From assembly GCA_032124015.1 (NCBI GenBank), contig JAQBEH010000096.1, positions 11,027-75,026 on the forward strand: a stretch of 64,000 nt of DNA, in the 5' to 3' direction. The notes below the pieces were generated by a model. It did not search any database. It saw only the letters and a program-made list of their open reading frames with translations, and was not told the DNA's origin. Below are positions 42,522-52,725 of this stretch, one piece after another (positions within the stretch are counted from its first letter, which is position 1; each line of letters opens with the position of its first letter). The DNA is from Acidobacteriota bacterium (GTDB taxonomy: Bacteria; Acidobacteriota; Polarisedimenticolia; Polarisedimenticolales; DASRJG01). The translations under genes were made by a program, and so were the position numbers.

Positions 42522-44767
42522 GCGGCGCCGGGACCGAAATCCGCCTCAGCCGCGAGATGCGGCTTCTCGACGTGACGATGATCGGCGTCGGGGCGATGAT
42601 CGGCGCGGGGATCTTCGTGCTCACCGGGATCGCCGCCGGCGTGGCGGGGCCGGCCCTGATCGTCGCCTTCCTCCTGAACGGTTTCGTCAGCCTCCTGACC
42701 GCGATGGCGTACGCCGAACTCGGCTCGTGCTTCCACGATGCCGGCGGCGGCTATATCTGGGTGAAGAAGGGGCTCCCCGAACCGAACGGCTTTCTCGCGG
42801 GGTGGATGTCGTGGTTCGCGCAGGCGGTCGCGTGCAGTCTCTACTCCCTGGGGTTCGGAGCCTACTTCGGTTTGCTGCTGAGGTTGCTCGGCTTTACGGG
42901 CGGAGAGGATTGGCCGATCTCGATCGAGAAGCTCCTCGCCGTTTGCGCCGTGGTCATCCTCTGTCTCATCAACTACCGGGGCGCGTCCGAGGCCGGGAAG
43001 ACCGGCAACTTCGTGACGGCCGCGAAGATCCTCATCCTTTTTGTGTTCCTCGGCTTCGGCCTGGCCGTGATGTGGCGGAACCCGGACTGGACGACGCACT
43101 TCGACGGTTTCATGGCCAAGGGCTGGGGCGGCGTGTTCATGGCGATGGGGCTGACGTTCATCGCGTTCGAGGGGTACGAGATCATCGCCCAGTGCTCTGA
43201 GGAGGTCGAAAACCCGAAGCGCAACATCCCTAGGGCCATTTTCATCTCCCTCGCCATCGTCGTTCCCATCTATCTCCTCGTCGCTTGGGTGGCGATCGGA
43301 GCGATCGACGGCGCCGGAGTCCCGACGTGGCAGTACCTGGCGGAGAAGAAAGAGACCGCCTTGGTCGAAGCTGCCAAGCAGTTCTTCGTGGGCGGCGGGG
43401 TCATGATCCTCGTCGGCGGGCTGCTGTCGACGGTCAGCGCGCTGAACGCGACCATCTACTCGTCGTCCCGCGTCGCTTTCGCCATGGCCCGTAACCAGAA
43501 TCTGCCGGACGCGTTTGCGAAGGTGTCGCCGAGACACAAGACGCCGCACGTCGCGATCTTCGGCTCGATGCTGATCGTCATCGCGATGCTTTTGTGGTTG
43601 CCGATCGAGGATGTCGCCGCCGCCGCCGACGCGATGTTCTTGCTGTTGTTCATACAGGTGAATCTCGCGGTCATCGCGATCCGGAGGAAGATGCCGGACC
43701 TCGACCGCGGCTTCAAGGTACCGCTCTTCCCCTTGATACCGATCGTGGCGATCGTCGGCAACGTGGGCATCGCGGGGTGGCTGTTCAAGTACAGCCCGAT
43801 GGCTTGGGTTTCAGCAGGCGCGTGGATCGGCGCCGGCTTCGTGCTCCATCGCTTCTACGCGGCACCGAAGGAAGAGGCGGCGATCGAACATGCGGCGCGT
43901 GTCGAAAAGATCGAAAAGAAGGACTACCGCGTCCTCGTGGCCTTGTCCTCTCCGAACACCTCCCGATCGCTGATCGAATTCGGCGTCGCGGTCGCGCGGA
44001 GTCACGGCGGCGAGATCGTTTGTCTCGCGGTCGTCGAAGTGCCCGAGGGCCGGCCGCTCGTCGCCGGCCTCGACGACACGGCCCGGCTCAACACCCTCGT
44101 CGAGGACGGGGTGCGCGTCGCGCGCGACGCGGGGCTGACCGCGCGCGGACTGATCAAGGTGTCGCACCGGATCAGCAGCGGCATCGCGGAGACCGTGCGC
44201 GAGGAGGAGTGCAACTTCCTCGTGCTCGGGCGCCGCCGGCGGCCCTCGGCGCTCCAGTCGCTATTCACGTCGGCGCTCGACGCCATGACGAGGGAGGCGC
44301 CTTGCGACGTCGCCATCGTCGCCGGGACGCTCCGTCACGGAATCGTCCGCCGGGTGCTCGTTCCCGTCGACGATGGGCCCAACGCGCGTCTGGCCTGCGA
44401 GCTGGCTCCGGCCATCGCGCAGTGGTGCGACGCGGACATCCGGCCGATGACCGTGGTTCCCGAGTTCGTAACGCCGGAGGCGGCGCAGAAACGGCGCGCG
44501 GCGGTCGAAGGCATCATCGCGGCCTCGGGGCTCGACCAGAAACCTCTCGTATTGCGCCGCGACGACGTCGTCGAGGCGATCCTGGAATCGGCGGGCACGG
44601 GCGACGTGATCCTTTTGGGGGCCTCGTCGGCCGGTACGGTCGCGGAAGCCTTGGCCGCCTCCACGCCGAGCCGAGTCATCGAACGCGGGGTTGTTCCCGT
44701 CGTCGCGGTGCGCAAGTACGAGCCGGCCCGCGCCGGCTGGCTCGAGCGGTTCTTGAACCCGCGATAA
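42518..44767 (+). CDS. APC-superfamily amino acid/polyamine permease fused to tandem universal stress protein (USP) domains
   Basis: Track ORF, 749 aa. ATG overlaps the upstream stop (ATGA). MIGVGAMIGAGIFVLTG is the permease N-terminus. The C-terminal ~290 aa hold two USP-like repeats (YRVLVALSSPN..., RRVLVPVDDGPN...). Confidence 0.85.
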   Translation: MSGAGTEIRLSREMRLLDVTMIGVGAMIGAGIFVLTGIAAGVAGPALIVAFLLNGFVSLLTAMAYAELGSCFHDAGGGYIWVKKGLPEPNGFLAGWMSWFAQAVACSLYSLGFGAYFGLLLRLLGFTGGEDWPISIEKLLAVCAVVILCLINYRGASEAGKTGNFVTAAKILILFVFLGFGLAVMWRNPDWTTHFDGFMAKGWGGVFMAMGLTFIAFEGYEIIAQCSEEVENPKRNIPRAIFISLAIVVPIYLLVAWVAIGAIDGAGVPTWQYLAEKKETALVEAAKQFFVGGGVMILVGGLLSTVSALNATIYSSSRVAFAMARNQNLPDAFAKVSPRHKTPHVAIFGSMLIVIAMLLWLPIEDVAAAADAMFLLLFIQVNLAVIAIRRKMPDLDRGFKVPLFPLIPIVAIVGNVGIAGWLFKYSPMAWVSAGAWIGAGFVLHRFYAAPKEEAAIEHAARVEKIEKKDYRVLVALSSPNTSRSLIEFGVAVARSHGGEIVCLAVVEVPEGRPLVAGLDDTARLNTLVEDGVRVARDAGLTARGLIKVSHRISSGIAETVREEECNFLVLGRRRRPSALQSLFTSALDAMTREAPCDVAIVAGTLRHGIVRRVLVPVDDGPNARLACELAPAIAQWCDADIRPMTVVPEFVTPEAAQKRRAAVEGIIAASGLDQKPLVLRRDDVVEAILESAGTGDVILLGASSAGTVAEALAASTPSRVIERGVVPVVAVRKYEPARAGWLERFLNPR

Positions 44768-44777
44768 GGAGACAGCC

Positions 44778-45479
44778 ATGGAAGAGCAGCAAGCCGTCGG
44801 TGCGGTCCTCGGACCGTTTCACGAGATGTGGGTCAAGGTCGTGGGTTATCTCCCGAGCCTCGCGGCCGGCCTGCTGATCCTGATCTTCGGGTTCATCGTC
44901 TGCTGGCTCGTCCAGCGACTGACCGCGCGCGTGATGCTCCTGCTACGCCTCGACCGGGCCTTCCGCAACTTCCGTTGGGCGCAGGGCTTGGAGCATGCGG
45001 ACACGAAGTACGCGCTGGCCCGGATGGCGGGCAACCTCGTTGCGGTGCTCCTCTTTTTCGTGTTCCTCGAAAACGCCTTCGTCGTGTGGGGCCTCGACGT
45101 CCTCGGCCAACTGATCGGCCGCCTCGTGTTCTATCTCCCGCACCTCGTCGTCGGCGGCCTCGTCATGGCCATCGGCAGCGTGGTCGTGGCGTTGGTGTCG
45201 GACCGCGTGCGCGCGGGGCTCGCCGTCGAGGGATTCGAGCGTGCGGGCCTGGTCGCGCGCCTGACGCGGTGGGCCCTCATGGTGGTCGTTACCGCTTTCG
45301 CTCTCGAGGAGTTAGGCATCGCGCCGCACACGGTTCAAGCGGCGGTGAAGATCGGCCTCGGAACCCTGGGTATCGTCGCCGCCCTCGCCGTGGGCCTCGG
45401 GAGCAAGGACGCGATTGCGGCGATGTGGGCCTCGATCCTCGACAATCGTAAAACCGACAGCGGGGAGAAGCCAACCTGA
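44778..45479 (+). CDS. Integral membrane protein with repeated conserved TM-helix units (the type often associated with MscS-like channels)
   Basis: Track ORF, 233 aa. Four or five hydrophobic helices in a repeated pattern. No catalytic motif recognised. Confidence 0.6.
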   Translation: MEEQQAVGAVLGPFHEMWVKVVGYLPSLAAGLLILIFGFIVCWLVQRLTARVMLLLRLDRAFRNFRWAQGLEHADTKYALARMAGNLVAVLLFFVFLENAFVVWGLDVLGQLIGRLVFYLPHLVVGGLVMAIGSVVVALVSDRVRAGLAVEGFERAGLVARLTRWALMVVVTAFALEELGIAPHTVQAAVKIGLGTLGIVAALAVGLGSKDAIAAMWASILDNRKTDSGEKPT

Positions 45480-45502
45480 AACTCTTCGAGATCTTTGCCG
45501 GT

Positions 45503-46711
45503 GTGACGACGCTGACTGCCCTGTTCGGGTGGTTCAACTATCGCTCCGTGCGCCTCCCGAACACGATCGGCGTGATGGTGATCTCGCTCGCGTTTTCTCT
45601 GGCGCTCGTCGTGTTCGGCCGGTTCGGGAACGGCATCGAGGAGCCGATGCGTCAGCTGCTCGTTGCCGTGGATTTCGACGAGGTGCTGCTGCACGGGATG
45701 CTCGGGGCGCTGCTGTTCGCGGGGGCGCTCCACATCGACCTCGGGGACCTGTCCGAGCAGAAGTGGGTGATCGGGATTCTCGCCACGTGCGGCGTTTTGG
45801 TATCGACCGTGGTCGTGGGCGGGTTGACGTACGTCATTTTCAGGATGCTCTCGACCGAACTCCCGTTCGTCTACTGCCTCCTGTTCGGCGCACTGATCTC
45901 TCCCACGGATCCGATCGCGGTCGGGGCGATCCTGAGGGACGTGGGTCTTCCGAAATCCCTGTTGATCAAGATCTCGGGCGAATCGCTGTTCAACGACGGC
46001 ATCGGCGTCGTGGTTTTCGTATCGGTTTTGGAGCTGGCGCTCCAGGGGCACGACGTCTCCGCAAGCAGCATTGCCGGCCTTTTCGCCATCGAGGTTCTGG
46101 GCGGAATCGCGTACGGCGCGATCCTGGGGTACGCCGTTTACCGGATGCTCAAGAGCGTGAACAACTACCAGGTGGAGATCCTCCTGACCCTCGCGCTGGT
46201 CACCGGCGGTTACGCGGTGGCCAATCGCATCGGGATCTCGGGGCCGCTCGCCATGGTCGTCGCGGGGCTCCTCATCGGAAACCAAGGGCGCGCCTTCGCG
46301 ATGTCCGACCGCACACGCGCGCGGCTGGACGATTTCTGGGAGTTGGTCGACGACTTTATGAACGCGGTGCTGTTCGTCCTGATCGGGGTCGAGATGCTGG
46401 TCGTCGAGTTCTCGGTGCCGGCGTTGGTGGCCGGTCTGGCCGCAATTCCCATCGTGCTGGCCGCGCGCTGGATCAGCGTCGCGATCCCCATCACCGTGAT
46501 GAGACGCTTCCGGAGGTTCAGCCCGGGCGCCGTTCGTATCTTCACGTGGACCGGTCTGCGCGGCGCGATCTCGGTCGCGCTCGCCCTCTCGCTGCCCCCC
46601 GGCCCTTCGCGCGACCCCATCATCACGATGACCTACATCGTCGTCATCTTCTCGATCGCGGTGCAGGGGTTGACCGCTGGACGGGTGGCGCGGTATTTCG
46701 CGCGCGGCTAG
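45503..46711 (+). CDS. Na+/H+ antiporter, CPA1 (NhaP-type)
   Basis: Track ORF, 402 aa, GTG start. [13 protein letters not shown] and [13 protein letters not shown] are CPA1 motifs. The frame is open from 45452, and a CTG at 45476 overlaps the upstream stop (CTGA), so the true N-terminus may be 9 aa longer. Confidence 0.85.
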   Translation: MTTLTALFGWFNYRSVRLPNTIGVMVISLAFSLALVVFGRFGNGIEEPMRQLLVAVDFDEVLLHGMLGALLFAGALHIDLGDLSEQKWVIGILATCGVLVSTVVVGGLTYVIFRMLSTELPFVYCLLFGALISPTDPIAVGAILRDVGLPKSLLIKISGESLFNDGIGVVVFVSVLELALQGHDVSASSIAGLFAIEVLGGIAYGAILGYAVYRMLKSVNNYQVEILLTLALVTGGYAVANRIGISGPLAMVVAGLLIGNQGRAFAMSDRTRARLDDFWELVDDFMNAVLFVLIGVEMLVVEFSVPALVAGLAAIPIVLAARWISVAIPITVMRRFRRFSPGAVRIFTWTGLRGAISVALALSLPPGPSRDPIITMTYIVVIFSIAVQGLTAGRVARYFARG

Positions 46712-46722
46712 CTCCGTCCGGG

Positions 46723-46755
46723 CAAAAAAAATGGCCGGCGCCTGAGCGCCGGCCG
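46723..46755 (-). terminator. Rho-independent terminator for the minus-strand 46775..47071 gene; its position between convergent genes may also serve the plus-strand antiporter gene
   Basis: GGCCGGCGC-CTGA-GCGCCGGCC hairpin (46732-46753). On the minus strand it is followed by a run of eight T (A8 at 46723-46730 on plus). Confidence 0.65.
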
Positions 46756-46774
46756 GAAAATGATTCGCTGCCGA

Positions 46775-47071
46775 TCAGGCGCGCGGCATGGTGACCACGC
46801 GGTCGTAGATGTCGACTCTCGGCATTCCTTCGAGCATCGGCGTCAGTTTCTTCAGGACCTCGGGGTAGGTCTTGAGGTTGTAGGCGTCCGCCGCCGCCTT
46901 GTCGTTCCACAGAGTGAAGCCCACTCCCTTCCGGTCGTGGAGCATGAGCGTCTGCGAGACGAGTCCTTTTTCCGATTTGAACATCGGGGCGATCTCGGTG
47001 GTGAAAACGCGGTTGAACTCGTCGACTTGTCCGTCTTTGATCGTGAAATGTACGTTGCGGGCGAAACCCAT
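46775..47071 (-). CDS. Small dimeric alpha+beta-barrel (ABM/antibiotic-biosynthesis-monooxygenase-like) protein
   Basis: Track ORF, 98 aa. Size and pattern (...VHFTIKDGQVDEF...GFTLWNDKAAADAY...) fit the ABM fold. A terminator follows. Confidence 0.55.
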   Translation of the reverse strand: MGFARNVHFTIKDGQVDEFNRVFTTEIAPMFKSEKGLVSQTLMLHDRKGVGFTLWNDKAAADAYNLKTYPEVLKKLTPMLEGMPRVDIYDRVVTMPRA

Positions 47072-47243
47072 GGGGTACTCCGTTTCTCCCTCGCTAGGTG
47101 GGACCTTCCGGCCGGCTCGTCTCGAGCAAGGAATCCGAGATCAAAACCTGTACTGCATCGGCCTTCATGGCGATTCAATGACTGATTGACGTAAATATAT
47201 ATCAGTCAAGGAGTTATGTCAAGCCCCCCGGAAGAGCCGAGCG

Positions 47244-48140
47244 CTAATTTGCGTGGAGCCGCACCACCAGAACCGAACATGGAGCGGCTCGCACGACGGC
47301 CTCGGCGACGCTTCCCAAGAGCATGCGGCGCATCCCCGTGCGACCCCGCGTTCCGACGACGATCAGATCGGCACGCATGTGCTCGGCGATACGCACGAGG
47401 TTCGCCGCGGCGGGACCGACGGTGACCTGCGTATCCCCGTCGATCCCGGCGCCGGCCAACGCCGCGTCGAGGCTCTTTTGCGCCGCCTCTTCGTTGGCGC
47501 GCTGGAAGTCGGCCAGTTGTACGGAATAGTCGCCCAGCGCGCCCCCGAACACGTCGGTCGAAATACCCGGCAGCTCCACGCTGTGGACGGCCGTCACGCG
47601 GCCGTGTGTGCGTTTGGCTTCTTCAGCCGCGGCGGCGAGCGCCGGAAGCGCGGGGTCGGAAAAATCGGTGCCCACGACGATTTTGCCCGTCCCCGGCCGC
47701 GCGCGGGCGACGAGGACCGGACAGTGGGCGTAACGCGCGACGCTCATCGCCATGTTGCCGATGAGCATGCGGGCGATCCCCGTGGCGCCAAAGCTTCCCA
47801 CAACGATCCGGTCGGCCTTCCAGTCCTCGGCAACGCGCACGATTCCCGCGGACGGAGACCCCTCTTCGATAAACGTCTCGAACGTTCCGGTTGTCCTGCC
47901 GGTGACCTGGCGCACGCGTTCCGCGACGGCATCGGCCACCCTCTTCCTCGCCTCGGGCACATTGAGGACTTCGTCGCTGCCCCGCTGCGGGAAGAGAGGG
48001 TGGACGAAGACCTCGCGGGGCACGATGTGGCAGACCGCAAGCGCGACCTTGTCGGTGCTCGCCAATTCATGAGCCTGCCTGAGGGCCTCGTCGGCGAATT
48101 CGCTCAGATCCGTTGCCACCAGTACTCGTCGTAGTGTCAT
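47244..48140 (-). CDS. Tandem-domain universal stress protein
   Basis: Track ORF, 298 aa. RRVLVATDLSEFADEAL..., ...IVVGSFGATG... and ...IVVGTRGRTG... are two USP repeats. Confidence 0.85.
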   Translation of the reverse strand: MTLRRVLVATDLSEFADEALRQAHELASTDKVALAVCHIVPREVFVHPLFPQRGSDEVLNVPEARKRVADAVAERVRQVTGRTTGTFETFIEEGSPSAGIVRVAEDWKADRIVVGSFGATGIARMLIGNMAMSVARYAHCPVLVARARPGTGKIVVGTDFSDPALPALAAAAEEAKRTHGRVTAVHSVELPGISTDVFGGALGDYSVQLADFQRANEEAAQKSLDAALAGAGIDGDTQVTVGPAAANLVRIAEHMRADLIVVGTRGRTGMRRMLLGSVAEAVVRAAPCSVLVVRLHAN

Positions 48141-48221
48141 GCTCGCTCCCTTCGCCCGTGGATCGGCATCTTACGCCGCTTGGACGAGCCCGGCGAATCC
48201 GCGGCACCCCAAAAGCGGCGA

Positions 48222-49457
48222 TCACTCCCTGGATCGGCCCAATCGGGCGATCTCGTTCGTCGTGACGTCGACGATCTCCTCGCCAGTTTCGACCGGCGCG
48301 CCCGGACTCAACAGCGGGACGAGACTCGTGGCCGCGCCATAGACGACGAGACCGCCGTACACCCATGGCGCGACGTCAAATCGCTCGCGCAGCACGTCGG
48401 CCACCGCGAACGTGAATACGGTCGTCGGCACGAGGAACAGCCCGACATTGGCGGCCTCCCGCCACGCCTCGCCCAGCCGCATTCTGCGGTGCAACAGCGT
48501 CGGGACGACGCGCAGCGGAACTGCCACGACGAGAAGCGCGGCCGCCAGCAGCGCGGCTTCGGGCGTCAACGCGCCCTTCGGCAGGATCAGACCCACTCGG
48601 AAGAAGAAGCACGGAACAAAGAACGCCGAAAAGAACCGGAAGGCGGTGAGCGCCTCGGAGACCGATCCGGTCTCGTAACGCTTGCGGTCGAGCCAGTCGA
48701 GATATCGGCGCGCCACGAGCCCGACGAGAAATGCGCCCGCGAGATAGTGCACGCCGACGTGATGCGTGGTGTAGGCGGCCAGCAACGCGACGATCAACAG
48801 GAATGGGAACTCCGTGCGCGGCGCCCACGGGAGGATGAGCCGGTGAAAGAAGACGACGAGCAGCGGCACGGCGAGAATCAGACCCGAGACGGCGGCAAGC
48901 CCGATGGCGAGATCGCGCGGCGCCGACGCGTTCGCGAACACGAGGACCATCCCGATCGCCATCAACTCGCCGGCGATCGCCTTGTGCTTGATCCACGCGG
49001 CGAGGTCCGGACGCTGCGGTCGCGCCTCGAGCAGCGACATGATGTACCCGACCGACGGCGACATGATCGCCGCCCCCACGAGCACCGCGACGCCGGTGTC
49101 GAGACCGAGCGCGATGCCGACCGCGGTTGCGATCGCGACCAGGGCCACTTGAAGTCCGAGATGGACCACGAGGGTTGCGCCGCGGCTGCGCAGCTCGTCG
49201 AGCTCGACCTCGAGCCCCGCGAACAGGAACAGGGCCGAGATGCCGAATCCCGACAACCCTTTCAGCATCGCGTTCGGCTCGATCCAACCGAACACGGCGG
49301 GGCCGACGATGATCCCGAGCGCGAACTCGGTCAGAGGCGCGGGGATCCGGAAACGGAGCAGCGCCTTGGGCAGGAAGAACAGCCCCGCGACCAGGGCGAG
49401 CAATTCGAGATAGGGTTCCACCGGACCGGCGATTCTACGCCACCACGCGATGAACAC
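48222..49457 (-). CDS. Cation:proton antiporter (CPA2/Kef-like membrane domain only)
   Basis: Track ORF, 411 aa. Polytopic membrane protein. GIIVGPAVFGW and LFLFAGLEVELDEL are typical of a Na_H_exchanger fold. Confidence 0.8.
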   Translation of the reverse strand: MFIAWWRRIAGPVEPYLELLALVAGLFFLPKALLRFRIPAPLTEFALGIIVGPAVFGWIEPNAMLKGLSGFGISALFLFAGLEVELDELRSRGATLVVHLGLQVALVAIATAVGIALGLDTGVAVLVGAAIMSPSVGYIMSLLEARPQRPDLAAWIKHKAIAGELMAIGMVLVFANASAPRDLAIGLAAVSGLILAVPLLVVFFHRLILPWAPRTEFPFLLIVALLAAYTTHHVGVHYLAGAFLVGLVARRYLDWLDRKRYETGSVSEALTAFRFFSAFFVPCFFFRVGLILPKGALTPEAALLAAALLVVAVPLRVVPTLLHRRMRLGEAWREAANVGLFLVPTTVFTFAVADVLRERFDVAPWVYGGLVVYGAATSLVPLLSPGAPVETGEEIVDVTTNEIARLGRSRE

Positions 49458-49510
49458 TTCCCTAATCCGGAAACGAATTCGAGGTTAGCTCGGGATGGTA
49501 AGCTGAGGGC

Positions 49511-51793
49511 GTGGGTACTCATCCTCGCGTCCTGCTCGTTTCGAACCGGCTTCCGGTGACGGTGGCAATCCGGGACGGCCGGGCGACCGTCAAGCCGTCC
49601 ACGGGCGGCCTCGCGACCGGCCTGACCGGACCCCACCGGGAGTCCGGCGGCCTGTGGTTCGGCTGGCCCGGGGACATCTCCGAAGCCACTCCGGATCAGC
49701 GCACCGAGATCGAAGCTCGATTGGCTTCGGACCGGCTGGTCCCCATCGATCTGGATCGCGAGGATCTCGAGCGCTACTACCACGGGCTCGCGAACGGCGT
49801 CTTGTGGCCGCTCTTCCACTACCACCAAGACTCGATTCCGTTCGACAGGGAAGACTGGAACCGGTACGTCGCCGTGAACGAACGATTCGCGCAGGCGGTG
49901 GCGGCCCATCACCAGCCGGGCGATCTGGTCTGGGTTCACGACTATCACTTGGCGCTCGTCCCCGCGATGCTCCGCGCACGGATTCCCGGCGCGCGCATCG
50001 GATTTTTCCTGCACATTCCGTTTCCCTCCTCCGAGGTGTTCCGCATCTTCCCCTGGCGCAAATCGCTGCTCTGGGGACTGCTCGGGGCCGACCTGATCGG
50101 GTTCCATACGCTCGGCTACATGCGCCATTTCCTCTCGAGTCTCACGCACGTCTTGGGGCTCGACACCGATCTCGACGAGGTGCTTCTCGAAAGTCGCGTG
50201 GTCCGGTGCGGCGCGTTCCCGATGGGGATCGACAACGCCGCCTTCCTCAGGCTTTCCGCCTCCGCACCCGTACGCCGCGAATCCGACAAGCTGCGGCGAG
50301 CGGCGGCGGGCGTTCGCATGGTGCTGGGCGTCGACCGCCTGGACTACACGAAGGGAATCCCCCGCCGCCTCGCGGCCTTCGAGCGTCTGCTCGAATCGTC
50401 GCCGGAGTATCGCGGACACGTCCAATTGCTCCAAATCGCGGCGCCGTCGCGTGAAAAGACTCCGGCCTACGCGTCCTTCAAGCGCCGGCTGGACGAACAG
50501 GTCGGCCGGATCAACGGCCGCTTCGGGACGCCGTCCTGGACACCGATCCGCTACGTGTACCGGGGATACGGCGTCGAGCGCGTGGTGGCGTTCTACCGCG
50601 CCGCGGACGTCATGCTCGTCACGCCGCTGCGTGACGGGATGAACCTCGTCGCGAAAGAATTCGTCGCCAGCCGCGACGACCTCGACGGCGTGCTGGTGAT
50701 TAGCGAGTTCGCGGGGGCGTCCGAGGAACTCGCGGAGGCCATTCAGATCAACCCCTACGATATCGACGGCGCCGCCGCCGCGATCCGCGCGGCGCTCGAG
50801 ATGGACGGGGATGAGCGCTCCCGGCGCATGGGCCAGCTTCGGGACCGAGTCCTCCGCCGGGACGTCCACCAGTGGGTCATGGATTTCCTGGACCGGCTGG
50901 CGGTCGATCGCCGCCGCGTCGCCGAGCGAGAGTTGACGCCGATTCCGTCGGACCTCCTCGCGGCCGCCGAAAGGCTCCTCGTCTTCCTCGACTACGACGG
51001 CACGCTCGTCCCTCTCGTCGACGACCCCGGCGCGGCGGTCCTCGATCCCGTGCTCATCGAGATCCTCGGCCGTCTCGCGCGGCGCCCTGGGGTCGACGTC
51101 GAGATCGTGAGCGGGCGGACCCCGGAATGGCTTGCGCGCATGTTTGCGACCCTGCCGATGGGATTGCACGCGGAGCACGGTGCGTGGAGCCGGAGTCCAG
51201 GCTCGTCCGAGTGGCGGAGGAACGTCCCGGAGTCGGCCGGATTCCAGGGCTTGCTCGACCGCGTGCGCCCCGTCCTCGCCTCGTTCGCCCGCTCGCATCC
51301 CGGGTCGTTCGTCGAGGAAAAAACGACCGGACTCGCGCTGCACTACCGTGCGGCCCATTCCGCGGACGCGGAACCGCAGGCCTGGGAATTGCGGCGCCAA
51401 CTTCTCGACCTGTTGTCAAACGCTCCGGTCTCGGTGCTCGCGGGGAACAACGTCATCGAGATTCGTCCTCAGGGGCTGCACAAGGGAACGATCGTTCCGC
51501 AAGTGCTCGCGCAGGCCGCAGCCGGCGCCAAAATCCTCGCAATCGGCGACGATCGCACCGACGAGGACCTCTTCGCGGCGCTCCCCGAAAACGCGATCAC
51601 GGTTCGGGTCGGCGGCGGTCCGACGCGCGCCGGCTGGAGGCTCAAGGGACCGGACGACGTGAGAGCCTTGCTCGCGGAGTTGGCGGGATGGGGCGAATTC
51701 GGCCGAGTTCGGTCCGACTCCAGGAGGCGTGACGATGAGCTACGACGAAAAGACCGCGGGGCGAATTCGAAAGCTCCTGTCGACGCATCCTGA
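49511..51793 (+). CDS. otsA: Bifunctional trehalose-6-phosphate synthase / trehalose-6-phosphate phosphatase fusion
   Basis: Track ORF, 760 aa, GTG start. [23 protein letters not shown] and [15 protein letters not shown] are OtsA (GT20) motifs. [10 protein letters not shown] and [10 protein letters not shown] are HAD OtsB motifs in the C-terminal third. Confidence 0.9.
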   Translation: MGTHPRVLLVSNRLPVTVAIRDGRATVKPSTGGLATGLTGPHRESGGLWFGWPGDISEATPDQRTEIEARLASDRLVPIDLDREDLERYYHGLANGVLWPLFHYHQDSIPFDREDWNRYVAVNERFAQAVAAHHQPGDLVWVHDYHLALVPAMLRARIPGARIGFFLHIPFPSSEVFRIFPWRKSLLWGLLGADLIGFHTLGYMRHFLSSLTHVLGLDTDLDEVLLESRVVRCGAFPMGIDNAAFLRLSASAPVRRESDKLRRAAAGVRMVLGVDRLDYTKGIPRRLAAFERLLESSPEYRGHVQLLQIAAPSREKTPAYASFKRRLDEQVGRINGRFGTPSWTPIRYVYRGYGVERVVAFYRAADVMLVTPLRDGMNLVAKEFVASRDDLDGVLVISEFAGASEELAEAIQINPYDIDGAAAAIRAALEMDGDERSRRMGQLRDRVLRRDVHQWVMDFLDRLAVDRRRVAERELTPIPSDLLAAAERLLVFLDYDGTLVPLVDDPGAAVLDPVLIEILGRLARRPGVDVEIVSGRTPEWLARMFATLPMGLHAEHGAWSRSPGSSEWRRNVPESAGFQGLLDRVRPVLASFARSHPGSFVEEKTTGLALHYRAAHSADAEPQAWELRRQLLDLLSNAPVSVLAGNNVIEIRPQGLHKGTIVPQVLAQAAAGAKILAIGDDRTDEDLFAALPENAITVRVGGGPTRAGWRLKGPDDVRALLAELAGWGEFGRVRSDSRRRDDELRRKDRGANSKAPVDAS

Positions 51794-52079
51794 CGTCATC
51801 GAGAAGAAGATGTTCGGGGGCTTGTGCTTCATGGTGAACGGCGCCATGTGCTGTGGGCTCACCAGCGCGGCGCTCATGGTCCGGGTGGGACCGGACCAAC
51901 ATGAGGAAGCTCTCGCTCAGCCGCACTCGCGGCCGATGGACTTCACCGGCCGACCGCTCGCCGGCATGGTCTATGTCGACCCGGGAGGTTACAAGACCGA
52001 CGCGGCCCTTGCGCGCTGGGTGGAGCGAGGCGTCTCGTTCGTGTCCAAGCTTCCCGCCAAGAGATCCGCGAAAAGGTGA
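51729..52079 (+). CDS. TfoX/Sxy N-terminal domain family protein
   Basis: Track ORF, 116 aa. ...EKKMFGGLCFMVNGAMCCG... is a TfoX_N pattern. The start is either GTG 51729 or ATG 51735. Both overlap the otsA-otsB 3' end by about 60 nt. Confidence 0.7.
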   Translation: MTMSYDEKTAGRIRKLLSTHPDVIEKKMFGGLCFMVNGAMCCGLTSAALMVRVGPDQHEEALAQPHSRPMDFTGRPLAGMVYVDPGGYKTDAALARWVERGVSFVSKLPAKRSAKR

Positions 52080-52104
52080 GACAGCCTCGCGATCGAGAGC
52101 ACGG

Positions 52105-52725
52105 CTATCTCCGGGCCTCGCGCAACGACCCAACGAGCAACGAAAGGGCGAGTGCTCCCACGACCGCCCCCGCCGCGCGGGCGAGCAGATCGCGGTGCGC
52201 CCCGTAGCCGGCCTGGACCACCTTGCGGGAGAACAAGAACGCCAGCAAGAGATGCCAACAGAGCGAGTTGACAACGACGAGCGCCACTACCGAGGCGAGA
52301 ACCGCGCCGCTTGGATGTACCGGAAGCGCCGCCGCAAAGACGCTGCCGAAAAACAACGCGGACTTCGGGTTCGACAAATTGGTCAGCAAGCCCAGGCGTA
52401 GCGCACGAACCGCCGACAACGAGCCTCGGTCGCCCGCCATCGACCCACGCGACTTCCAGAGGCGAACGGCCACGTAGAGCAGGTATGTCGCGCCGGCCAC
52501 CTGCAGAAGCAAACGTATCGCGGGAAAGGCGGCGAAGAGTGCACTCACGCCGAGGGCCGCCGACGCCGACCAGATGGCGGCACCGAGGGCAACGCCCAGT
52601 GCGGCGTACGAGGCGTTGCGTCGATGGTCACCGGCAGCCAGCTGCGAGACCAGCAACACGTTCGCGCCTGGTGTGAGCATGGCTGCCACGTGTAAGAGCC
52701 AGATGGTGACGAAGGTGGAAAGCAC
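52105..52725 (-). CDS. LysE/RhtB-family amino acid exporter
   Basis: Track ORF, 206 aa, GTG start. PGANVLLV and LLTNLSNPKSALFF are family motifs. Six hydrophobic segments. Confidence 0.85.
   Translation of the reverse strand: MLSTFVTIWLLHVAAMLTPGANVLLVSQLAAGDHRRNASYAALGVALGAAIWSASAALGVSALFAAFPAIRLLLQVAGATYLLYVAVRLWKSRGSMAGDRGSLSAVRALRLGLLTNLSNPKSALFFGSVFAAALPVHPSGAVLASVVALVVVNSLCWHLLLAFLFSRKVVQAGYGAHRDLLARAAGAVVGALALSLLVGSLREARR

Noticed and set aside
49331-51400. 689-aa minus-strand ORF
   Set aside because: It is antisense to the otsA-otsB fusion, whose GT20 and HAD motifs are clear. No motifs are present in the minus-strand product.
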